A stretch of DNA of 64,000 nt from a virus. The notes beneath the pieces are model-generated. The model worked only from the letters and a program-made list of their open reading frames with translations, ran no database searches and was not told the DNA's origin. The position numbers and the translations under genes are program-made. The stretch covers positions 1 to 64,000 of IMG/VR virus record IMGVR_UViG_3300039008_000243, one strand, 5' to 3'. Below, piece after piece: positions 36,912 to 48,200 of the stretch; within the stretch, counting starts at the first letter, position 1; every line of letters begins with the position of its first letter.

Positions 36912-37628
36912 ATGAGAATTAATCAACAAAAAAAAGACACAAACTTAATTAAAATTGATTTTCAAGACGTAAAGACACAGAAAACACCTTTAAAAAGAAG
37001 AGTTAAACCTTCTAATTCAGAGTCAAAACTTACTCAAAATACCCATGCGACAGCTAAAAGTCTTTTACCCCCAATTATTGCGAGTAAACTAACTCAATTT
37101 TCACAAGCTTATGGGTTGAATTTTGATCTAGGTAATTTAAATTTTGATTCCATTAATCCTGAAGAGGTAAAGGCTTATCGCACCCTGGTTGAAATAATTC
37201 AAAATAAAGCAGAATTACTACCTGAAATTTTGAAGCTTTCTAAGCAAGTTATGAAAGCAGACCTAAAAATGGCTGATGCCCAATCTCAGCTAGCTAATGC
37301 AGCCATGCAACATCAAGTTAAACTTGATGAAAAAACAGCCGAGATTTTATTAAATTTTCAAAAATTTGAACATAAATCTAAAGCCCTTGCAAGTCGTTTA
37401 GCTAGAATTCAAAAATTAAGAGAAAGAGAATTTGAAGCACGCCAAGAGTTTTATGAAAATTCTGTATTAGGGGATGCTTTAGAGAGAGTTGATATCAAAA
37501 TAGAGCAAAGACAATTAGTTCAGAATCAGCTTCAAGGTCAGAAAGTTAAAACTTTAAAGAATAAAACTCAAAGAAAATTGGATACAAATGAACAAAGACA
37601 AACTTATATTGACTCTGCTCTGTACTAA
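36912..37628 (+). CDS. Hypothetical coiled-coil protein
   Basis: 238 aa, Gln/Lys/Glu-rich with heptad-like composition. Confidence 0.5.
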   Translation: MRINQQKKDTNLIKIDFQDVKTQKTPLKRRVKPSNSESKLTQNTHATAKSLLPPIIASKLTQFSQAYGLNFDLGNLNFDSINPEEVKAYRTLVEIIQNKAELLPEILKLSKQVMKADLKMADAQSQLANAAMQHQVKLDEKTAEILLNFQKFEHKSKALASRLARIQKLREREFEARQEFYENSVLGDALERVDIKIEQRQLVQNQLQGQKVKTLKNKTQRKLDTNEQRQTYIDSALY

Positions 37629-37700
37629 CATCCTAACATTAGCTTTCTCAGTTACTTTTCTTATATTTTTTCTGGTTTCCATAAGTTCTTAGTAACAGTT

Positions 37701-37725
37701 AACGTGGGTAAAGCCCACGTTTTTA
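37701..37725 (+). terminator. Rho-independent terminator 7 nt before the next start codon
   Basis: aacgtggg-taaag-cccacgtt followed by ttttattt. Confidence 0.65.
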
Positions 37726-37731
37726 TTTACC

Positions 37732-38115
37732 ATGGTAAGGCATTTAAAAAACATTCACGAGCTTTGCTTTTTTTCTAGCTTAAGCTGTGCGGCAACTTTT
37801 GTGACCAGGTTATTTCCAAATACTTTAATACCTATTTGCATTATTTTTTGTGGTATTATTTCTTATTTAATTTATGTGATTCAAGAAATTGAAGGAAATA
37901 AATCTTTAGCTAAGTTAATATTAGCTTCAATTCTTATAGGGTTTTTAGGGGGTAGTTGGGATTACTTTTATGTACAATCTATTATTAACCAACAATTAAT
38001 TGCTCAAATGTTTATTGGTTTTTTGGTAATAATTTCTTTAGTTTTTTTGTTCAAAATTTTTATAAACTCTTCCCCTCAAAATTTAAACAAACAGAAGGAA
38101 CATCATGAAAATTAA
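37732..38115 (+). CDS. Small integral membrane protein (3-4 predicted TM segments)
   Basis: Hydrophobic stretches LIPICIIFCGIISYLIYVI, LILASILIGFLGG and MFIGFLVIISLVFLFKIF. Confidence 0.5.
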   Translation: MVRHLKNIHELCFFSSLSCAATFVTRLFPNTLIPICIIFCGIISYLIYVIQEIEGNKSLAKLILASILIGFLGGSWDYFYVQSIINQQLIAQMFIGFLVIISLVFLFKIFINSSPQNLNKQKEHHEN

Positions 38116-38779
38116 AGAGAAATACACATTAATCTTCACTACAAGCTCTTTATTTTCTTTTTTCTTTCTTGTGTTAGCTTTTTGTGGAGATCTTCTCAAT
38201 TATTCTATCTATACATATAAGGAAAAAAATATATGGGGTAATTACCAAGAAAGATTAATACAGATTAATGAAAATGACAGAGTTTTTAAACAAACTCTAA
38301 ACGAACAAAATCTTACCCTGGTTGGTATTAGTTCTAGTAACCAAATGGTTTTAAAGCTAATTAGTTTAATTTGCACAATTCTTTGTTCGGGGTTTATACT
38401 GGTTTTTGGTGATAATCATCTAAATGAATTAAGTATTCAATCATCTGTAGATGAATTCACAGTACAAGCTCAAACAGAGATTAGGATGGATCAGGTTAAG
38501 AATAAATTTGCATTAGCTAGCAAAGCTTTACAGCAACAATTAATAGAAGAATTACAAGCTTTAGCTGATTTAGGTCAAGAAAGTTTTAATGAAGAGTTAG
38601 AAGCAGATGAAATTTCAGAAAGTAAGAATTTTAAGGTTGCTTTAATGCTTAAAGAAGACTATACTTTAGAAGAAGCTGTTTCTATTACATGGGAAGTTGA
38701 CCAGGGTACTGAAAAGCACCAAGAATTAATTGAAAGGTTTCTTAAGTCAAAATATAGTTATAATTCAATTGAGGAATAA
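38105..38779 (+). CDS. Membrane-anchored protein with acidic C-terminal domain
   Basis: TM-like segments LFSFFFLVLAFCG and LISLICTILCSGFILVF. Overlaps the previous gene by 11 nt. Confidence 0.5.
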   Translation: MKIKEKYTLIFTTSSLFSFFFLVLAFCGDLLNYSIYTYKEKNIWGNYQERLIQINENDRVFKQTLNEQNLTLVGISSSNQMVLKLISLICTILCSGFILVFGDNHLNELSIQSSVDEFTVQAQTEIRMDQVKNKFALASKALQQQLIEELQALADLGQESFNEELEADEISESKNFKVALMLKEDYTLEEAVSITWEVDQGTEKHQELIERFLKSKYSYNSIEE

Positions 38780-38782
38780 GCT

Positions 38783-39190
38783 ATGAAAAAGATTTTTAAG
38801 TATATGAAGAATTGCTTTAAAATTTTATTACATCTTGATGGTTGTGACAACGAAAGTATTATTGTTGATTCAAAAGAGTTTGAAAAGCTTTTAAGTAAAG
38901 TTAGCCGTCTAAAAACACAAAATTTACATATGACGGGTAGGTATAAAGAAATTGTTTTAGAGAATCAAAACCTAGAGAAATTAAAAGATTTTTATCAGGA
39001 TGCAGTTGAAAGATGGATGCAAGAATGCGTAAAGTTAAAAAATACTTTAGATATCTTTGAAGACTCTATAAAGGAGGATAAAAACTTAAGAGAGAAGCTT
39101 AGGAATAATCATAGAGATTTAATCAATTATTATGCAGATATTTTAAATGAATATACTAGACTCAAACAAAGAGAAACTTTAAAAGAATAA
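38783..39190 (+). CDS. Hypothetical coiled-coil protein
   Basis: 135-aa charged helical composition. Confidence 0.45.
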   Translation: MKKIFKYMKNCFKILLHLDGCDNESIIVDSKEFEKLLSKVSRLKTQNLHMTGRYKEIVLENQNLEKLKDFYQDAVERWMQECVKLKNTLDIFEDSIKEDKNLREKLRNNHRDLINYYADILNEYTRLKQRETLKE

Positions 39191-39216
39191 ATCTAAACTT
39201 CTGTATTGCTAAAAAT

Positions 39217-39247
39217 AAAACGCTTAGATGCTATGTCTAAGCGTTTT
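39217..39247. terminator. Bidirectional terminator between convergent genes
   Basis: aaaacgcttaga pairs with tctaagcgtttt around a 7-nt loop, with A-runs and T-runs on either side. Confidence 0.75.
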
Positions 39248-39251
39248 ATTT

Positions 39252-42200
39252 TTATCCCTGTAAGCCTACATTACGTCTGAAATTAACATCGTTTCTTAAT
39301 TGGTTTGCCACCTTGTTATAACCCCCTTCAGCTCCGTTTCTCGAAGCTTGTTGTATCCCCTGGTCGAATTGTTCTTTAGTCACATAATCCATTTCACCGA
39401 TGCTAACATATTCCACTGTCATATTTGTTTGCTGATTTCGACCAGGTATTGAAGTTGTTGATACTAAACCACCATTAGCATAACTAGGTAGGTTTCCTAG
39501 TAGTTGTTCAGGGGTTAACCCGGCTCTCATAAGCTCTTCAGTTCTATCTGCGGGGATAATTAACTCACCTTCATGTACGATAGCTAATCTAGGATCTCTA
39601 CCTGATTCCGACCGTTCTTTTCTAAGTCCGTCCATAAGTCCTTGGGAGTACCTTGGGTAAGTTCCCCCTTCTGCATAGTAAGGAATTTTTCCCCCCATTG
39701 GGTAATATGGAATTCTACCCCCCATAGGATATCTTCCAACCATTCCCCCCTCATAGAATAAGCCTCCAAAAAGCCCTCCAAAAATACTAGTGAGTCCTGT
39801 ATTCAATACTTGGGACAAAATAGAATTGAAAAAGTTATCAAGAACATTTTCTAAGGATGAAGTACCCATTATAATGTCAGTAATACCTGTTGCAAGATTT
39901 TGCATGGCATTAGCCCCGACTTCATTGAGAGTGTCTCCAAAAGTTTTGAATTTTTGATTGATGCTTTCTAGATTCATTTGATTAATGATTGCTAGATCTT
40001 CTTTCATCTTTGCAAAAACGTTATCAGGGATGGCATTATTAGCCTCAATAAGCTTTCTTTGGTTTAATTCTAGATCCTCTAGTTCTCGTTTATATCTAAG
40101 ATTTTCTTGCTCTCTTTCGAGTTCTCTGGACATTCTATTTTTGATAAAAGGATTACCCCTATACTGGTCAATTTCTAGCTGTCTTCTTTGAAAAGCAGGA
40201 TTATTTGCAAGGTCTTCAATTTCTCTAACCCTGGTCAACTTATCTTCATCATCTTGAATTGCTGCTTGGCGTTGATTAAACTTTCCGATAAGATTTAGCC
40301 GTTCTTTTGTCAACTCATTAACCTTAGATAACCCACTGGCTTCTTTTAAGTATTGTTCTATGGAATAATTAGGATCATTTATTCTCTTTTCTTGTAGACT
40401 ATTCAGTTGTTCTTGATAAGATACCCTTTGTTGCTCTAACTCATTTCTATTTTGAACTTTTACAAGATCTTTTTGAGAAAGAGTAGGATCTATCTGTTTT
40501 TTAGCTTCTAGTAATGATTGATTTGCTTGCTGAATAGATAACCTTCTCTTATCATTTTCCACAGCTTGCTTAGATAGTTCAAGCTCTTCCCTAGCTGTAA
40601 ACAAAGACCTGAGTTTCTCTTTAGTTTGTGATTGAATTAAGGGTAACTGATCAATTAATTGTTGAGTATTTTCTTTCTCAAATTTAAGGTTTTGAACACC
40701 TATTTTTAATTTTTCAGCTAACAAAGGTTTTTGCTTATCTAAGGCTATTTGAATTAATTCTTGACCCGCTATTATGTTTTGGTCAAGATTCTTAATTTCC
40801 TCTTTCTTTTCTTGGATGATTCCTAAGAATTTTTCGTCAATATTTAAAATTTGTTGATTAAACTCACCTAAACGCGTCTTCAAAGGATCTATCTCTTGGG
40901 ATAAACTTTTTTGTAACCCAAATAAATCATTTAATTTTTTAATTCTTTGCTTTTCTTCTTTAACTTCAGCTAAATTAGCTTTTTTTCTATTCTGAATTAA
41001 CTTAACCTGTTCAGAATAATTAAGATTTTGTTTTTGTATTTCTGCTGTTTGATTTTTAATTTGTTGAGCTTCTTTAGCTAACTCTGTAGCGTTTTTGATA
41101 GTTGTTTGAGCTTTTTGAAAAGCAGGAATATTACCTCTTTCACCTGCTTTTTGTTTTCTATCGGCTATTATAAAATCTTGAAGTTTTTTAGTATGCTCTT
41201 CTAGATTAATCTCCCCTGGTTTTGATTTGACTTGACCAGGTTTTTTGTATTTTGATATAAATTCTAGGAGTTGTTTTTTATGTGCTTCTAGAGACTCTTC
41301 GGTGAGTTTAGTTGGTTTTTCTAGAACGCTTAAAGCTGATTCAGCCCGTTTTACTCCAGGTTCTTTCTGTCTTGCTGCAAGCCTTTTTCGGGTAAATGTC
41401 TGAATATTTTTAAATTGTCCTTCAGGGGTACCTTGCCCCCCATAATAACTTTTTCTGCCTTTGTATTGTATAGATGCCCAATGAGGAGCTATTTTATTAA
41501 AAGTCCCCTGGTCAAAATTCCCTTTTAATACTTTATCAAGTACCCCCCGCTTATGCAGAGATGCGATAAAATACAAATCTTGAAGACCGGGGCTAAAGGA
41601 TTTTGGAGTGTCCTGACCTTGATAATTAATGATGCTTTCTAAATCTGTCCTAGCATTTTTACCAAACTGCCTTTTAACTCTTGAACGAGAGTAATTAAAG
41701 TCCATCATCTGGTATCGACCAGATGCACTAGAATTATACCTGTAAGGCCTACCCCCTTCAACAAAAGGATGTCCAGAGAAGTCTGATATGTTTTCGTTAC
41801 CTATTAACATCCCATAACCAAAGTTCTTAGTCCATTTGCGGAAATCAGTGCCTTCAGCACGAGCTACCGCATCGGATAAGGCTAGTATGTTAGGGTTATT
41901 TCTTAAACCATATAAACGTTTACCTAGGCTAGTTAAACGTTTGATTTCATTTTCAGATAAATCATTGCCTCCTCGACGTATTTCAGGCATTAAATTTGGG
42001 TTGCCCCCTGTAGGGGCTTTTTGTTGAGGAAACGGAGGGAGTTTTTTTCTGAATTTGTCTAAATAGTTTTCTGTGGTATTTTTACCCGGTTTTTTAAATT
42101 TTGTGGTTGCGTTCTCTATTAAGTTTGTTGAGGCTTTTTTTCCTATAGCATCCGCTTGTTTCTTATACCATTTCATGAACTGTTTAACATCTACATAACT

Positions 42201-45200
42201 ATAACCTTGACCAGCACTTAGAGTATCTTTAAACAAAGATTTTATATCATTAGGAATCCTAATCTTTAAATCAAGATGCCCTCCTGATGACCATTTATCA
42301 TTGACTGATAATTTTCCTAACCTTTTTCCTGCACCTATCTGCTGACCAGGTTTCAAATCTTTAAGGGTAGTCATATCCATATGACCATAGTCAGTATAGA
42401 ATTGCCCTTTACGACCAGGTAATTGAGAAACTACTCTTATAGCATTACTAGGTCTTCCTGTCACCTTGTCAGTAGTACCTCGCCCCCAACCCTTAAGTGT
42501 TTTAATTACACCAGGAAACATGGCTTGGACAACATCTCTAGACGTTAACCCTTCTGTGCTATCAAAGTCTATACCACTATGTATCCTAGTTCTCTTACCT
42601 GTTCTCCTGTTTAATCTCTTAGCCCAGAAAGCTTGACCAGGGGATACAGAACCTTTGAGAACCTGGTCAAAAGATTGTTTGGCACTAGGGGAAGCATAAA
42701 GTTTTTCTTTATCTTTTTTGACAACCTGGTTAAATAAATTTTGTACCCCATCAACAAAAGTTTTAGTTTTATTATCTAGATTTTCTTTAATTTTTTGAGA
42801 TTTATTCCCTGAAAGTTTATTAACTGCATCAAAGAATTTTTGAGCTGAATTTTTTTCACTTAAGAGTTTATTTGAATTTTCTTTACCAAAATTAGGTTCA
42901 AAATTTAATTTAAAAGTTTCTTTAATCTCTTTTTGTGTTTTGACAATTTTACCTACCAGGGTATCAAATTGATTATTTATACCTGATGCGACGTTTTCTA
43001 AATTTTTGAAACCTTTTTCTAAGTTTTCTGTTTCAGTGACAGATCCTTTTAGTGAGCTTTCAGTCTCTTCTAATTGGTTGTTTACATCCTTATATAAAGT
43101 TTTAGATTTATTAATCAAATCATTTAGATCTTTAGCTTTATATTTAATAGCTTCTTTTATTTCTTTAGCTTTATCAAAACCTAGAATCATTTTATCTATA
43201 TTTTGGTAGTCTAAAGTAATTTCAATAACCCCAGGTATAGATTTTGATAAATCTTGAGCAGATTTTAGAATACTATCAAATTCTCGACTAGATGCTATAT
43301 TAGAACTAACCTTATCTAGCTGGGCTTGTGCTAGGTTATTAGCACTTTCTATTTCTGCAATTAATAAGTCAGCATAAGCACTAATTAACTCATCATCGGA
43401 ACCAATCAAAGCTGTGGCGATTTTATCTGTAGCTTTTGATTGTTTGAGAGTCAGTAAAGCTTTTTTGTATTCTTGCTTTGCATCTACTAGAGATTTTTCT
43501 TGCTCTTTATAGAAATCTAAAACCTGGTTTAATTGATCTTTTATTGTATCTTGAAGAGCCTTTCTCAATTCTAAGACACTAATACGAGTCTCTGCTAATG
43601 CATCTTGTTCATCTCTAAAATCGGCATATTGTTCCAACAAATATTTAGATTGCTCACTTTCAGTTCTTTCAGCTATCTCCCTTATCTTAGCTACACCTGT
43701 CTCAGCTCCAACACCGAATGCTTTTAAAGTTCTTTGGGCTACTTCATTAAAATTAAACAGATTCTCCTTTAAATCTACTGTGGATATTTGTGCTTGCAAT
43801 TCGCCTTCAATTTTAACAAGTTCAGATAATTCTTTAGAAAAATTTAAATCACCACTTGTTAGATTCCTAGATGCTAGAGATATCTTTGTGGCATTACTAA
43901 TATCTGTTATCTGACCCAAAGTATCTTCTAAGGCTATATTTGAGTCTATTATTTGTCTTTTTAACAAATCAAAGGCAGTTGCAGCTAAACCTAGTTTCTT
44001 TAGTATGTTTTCTAAAATCTCTTCTAAGGATTTTGTTACGGACTCTACCTCTTTACTTTGTTGTATAAATTCCTTAGAAGAGATTAAACCTTCATTTCTT
44101 TGCTTTTCTAAAATCTTACTGGTTTTTTTAAGTTGATCAATTCTAGTACTAAGTTGACTCTGTAAAGCTGCTGATGGTTTTAAAGCTTCATATCTTTTCT
44201 TAACTATCTCAGATTCTATTTTAAATAATTCCTTAATTTTTTTAGTGTTATTAGGTTCTAAAACAACTAAAGCTTTTTTATCTTCTTGAATCTGAGTTAA
44301 TTTCTTATCGATGGAAATTACCTGGTCAACTGAATTATTGAATCGAGTGTTTTTAGATATCTTTTCTAAGTTCTTAGCTAAGTTTATTAGTTTGGCTAGT
44401 TCTAATCTAGAATCTTTTAGTCTCTTAACCTTTTCCTCAAAAGAATTGTCAAAGGGGTTTAAAAAGCCTTTTTTATTTTTTTTATATAGTCTATCTAAAT
44501 CTTTATCATTTAAAGATTCTTCACCTAAAAGCTCTCTAAAAACTACACCGGGGTCAAAACCTCTAATTGTTCTAACCCACCATCTTTCTAAAGAAGAGAC
44601 TGTTGTATTTTGAGATGTTTTTTCATTATTTTTGGTAAGTTTACTCAACTCTTCCTGGGCTAATTTAGCTTGTTGTGTGAAATTTTTTAAATCTCCTGAC
44701 ATATTTTTAAATGCCATGGACATTCTGTTAGCAACCTCTACTACTGTGTTAATTAGTAGAAATTGCTTAACAAAAGTTTTTAAACCTGAAATAACTGCAT
44801 TGTTAGTCCAAGATTTTATTTGGGTTCCAATACCTCTAATTCCCTGATCTTTGCCAATTTTAATGAGTTCTGTACCAAATAACTTTATAAGTGTAATAGA
44901 CCTCATTAGACCAGGGGCGGCTAAAGTAGCAATTAAAGAAGTTGAAAGTTTTACAATGTTGCTTAAATTGTTGTCAATAAAGTCAAATCCTATAGTTTTA
45001 ATTTTATTAACTATCTTTTCAATCTCTAAACCTACCCCACCTATTGAATTCTGTAATCTTAAGAAAGAATTTTCTGCTCTATTAGCAATAGCAGAAGCAG
45101 ATTCTAATCTTTTAGGTAAATCACTTGATGTTTCAATTGCTGCTTGTTGAGCGAAACCTATTAAAGCTTCACTACCTACACCACCTTGCCTCATTCTATT

Positions 45201-48200
45201 AAGAAAACTTGGGATATCTTGACCTTGAGATCTAGCAAATATACCAACAGCACCAGGGGCTGCTTCAGCTAATTGTCCTATAATTTCTTCAGCATATATC
45301 TGCCCTTTAGAAGCAGATTGTATTATAGCAGCAAATGCTCTTTGTGTAGCATCCCGGGAAGTAGAACGAACTGCAAAAAATTCTTGTAAATTATTTAGAG
45401 TATCTATGGCTCCTTGCCCTTCTAGAGGTGTTCCTAATGTAGCAGGTAAGAATTGACTGGCACCCTCTAGAGCGGATTGCATCGATAGTCCTAATTTATC
45501 AGCTTTTTCAGTAAAATCGTCAAAGAAATTATTACCAATCTCTCCTCCACCTAAAGCAAAGCTAAATGTTCTCTTGAATCCATTGAATTCCCTGGTAACT
45601 TCTTTAGCACTATCAACAAGATCAAATAGTTGACCTGAAAAAGTAGTAACGATTGTACCCGCTATAGCTAAACCCGCAAAATCACCTAAAACTGATGTCA
45701 AATCAAAACCAATACTATCTGTAAAACCTTTAATCCCTGCTTGAGCTTCTTCAAATAATTCGTAGAGGATATCACCAAATGGAAGATTCTTCATAAATTC
45801 TTTTAAGAGATCAAAACCTTGTATGAAGCCTTCCGCAACTGCTTCACCTATATGGTAAGTTATCCTAGACGGTGACCTTATTTCAAAATCATCCTTCATT
45901 TTTTGAATTATTGCTTGATTGATTTTAGATAATTCTTCTTCTCCTACAGATAATTTATCTTTAATGCCTTCTATTAAGCCTGAAAAAATATCTTGACCTA
46001 ACTGGTTTATTTCTGTATCACTATCTTCACTAAAGGATTCAATAGTAGCCTTTAAAGCAGCACCAAAAGCTTTTTCATCTATTTCCCCTGGAGTGATTTC
46101 AAAGAATACATTATATTTCTTTAAACGATTTTCTAAATTTTTAGTCAGTTCTTGTAAAGTTGTATCATCTAAGTCATTAAAATTAATAGTTGCTTTTAAA
46201 GGTGTTCCAGCGAGTTTACTACTTAAGTCTGTCTTAGCTCTTCTTAAATCCGTTTGCATCACAGATTCAAGTATTTTAGCTACATAACTACTACCTAAAT
46301 CTACAGGAACTTTTTCTGAAATCTTCTCTTTTAGTTTATCTTCAGGTAAATCAAAAGCTAACTTACCTGTAACTCGCATTTTATCTAATTTATCAATTAC
46401 CTGTGAAATTTGCCCTAGAGTTTGAGCTATTTGGCTTCCCCATCTAGTCGCAAAGTCAGAACCTTCTAGAGCTTTATAAGTCTCCTTAATTGCTATTTGA
46501 GCATTTTTAGCTGTTTCATACAAACTGGTCGCTTGTTTATTAGCTTCATCTATATTATTCTTTAGTTCGGCTTTAACATTTTTAAAAGATTCTCTTACTA
46601 ATTCAGATGTTTTTTGAGCATCCCTAACTTCAGGAGGTGTGAAATTTTTCTGAGCATATTCTTGAAAATATTTTTGAGATTTTGCCTCGGGTTTTTTATA
46701 TCTATTGATATCTAAAGAATCCAGGTTGCTTTGAGCTTCTAAAACTTTTTTAAAAATATCATCAGGGATTTTAGAACCATTTTCTATATAATCATTTAAA
46801 GCTGCTTTAAACTCTTCAATTATCAAATAAAAAGGTTCTAGTTTTTTATTGAATTCATCCGTTATTTTATCGAATTGAATCTTATTTCCCTGTGATATAA
46901 TAAATTTTTCTAAATTAACGGATATTTCCTGTGCTTTTTGATTGTTTAGCTCTTTTTCAGAAAACTGGGCTATATATTTAAGAAATTTGATAGCATTAGG
47001 CTTAAACTCTTTTATTATTTGATTCTCTAATTCATCTTCACGAGGTGTCAATTTTAATGAGGATATCTGTTTTTGAACTTTAATAGAATCTTTAAGTAAT
47101 TCTTTAGGAATTTCTGTTCCTAATTTTATATTATTATTCAATGCTATATGAAAATCATCCATCAGCTTTTCAAAATCTTTTAATTGGGATGAAAATTCTT
47201 CTGTCTGATCGGATAAATTTATTAAATTTTTTGTATTTTCCATCCAGAGACCATAATCAACTAATTTTGAAGCTTTTTCTTCATTATTTTTAGAATAAAA
47301 AGCAGGGTCTTTTATATTAGATTGACCAGTGGCGGCTAAAATAGATTTTAATAAAGTAGAAAATTCTGAAGGTAACCTTTTTTTAATATCAATCTCTTCT
47401 CTTCTATTAACTTTTAAACTAGTCTTACCAAAAATATGTAGAGCTTCAGACAACTCTAATAATGCCTTTGGAACTTCGGTGTCTTTATCTACATTTTCTT
47501 TTAAAACTTTCTCAAAATCATTTAAAACTTTCTCAAAAGTTTTTAAATGATTTTGAATTATATCAGGTAAGCCCCCCCAGTTCAGATCTTTTTTAAGATA
47601 CTTCAAAAGTCCTTGAAAATCTTCTAATCTTTTTTGTCTTTGTCCAGATTGGCTAGTAAAAAAGCTATATACACCTTCTTCCTCTGGAATTACTTTAGAT
47701 CCTACTCTTATACTTTTTTGTAATTGTGGGATTTCTTGATAAGCTTTGCTAATGAATCGAATAGTAGAAGATAAATCTTCTGGAGATAATTGAGTAAGAA
47801 TTTCTTCAGGTATTTGTAATTTTTTGCCTAAGAATTTCCCTAGGATATCCAAATATTCTGCATTTTTTTCATAAACAGCATTTGCAACCAATACTGATTG
47901 ATCTCCTGCACCAGCCGCCGATAATAAAGCATTCAAGTTACTATCATCAATAGGATTAGAAAGGGATGCTTTTCTTTGCTTTTGATAAGCATCTGCAACC
48001 TCATTAAAAGCATCCAATAAGTTATTTGTACGTACAGAATCTGGATCAGCAAAAAACTTATCAATAGTTCCTTGCATCCTAGTAAGTTTATTTATTCTGT
48101 TAGACAAGGCTAGTGTAGGTGCTAAATACTCCGGAGCTAAGGTAGACCCTACATACCCTGGCATTTGTCTTTCCATTTCAGATCTTACGGTAGGATCGGA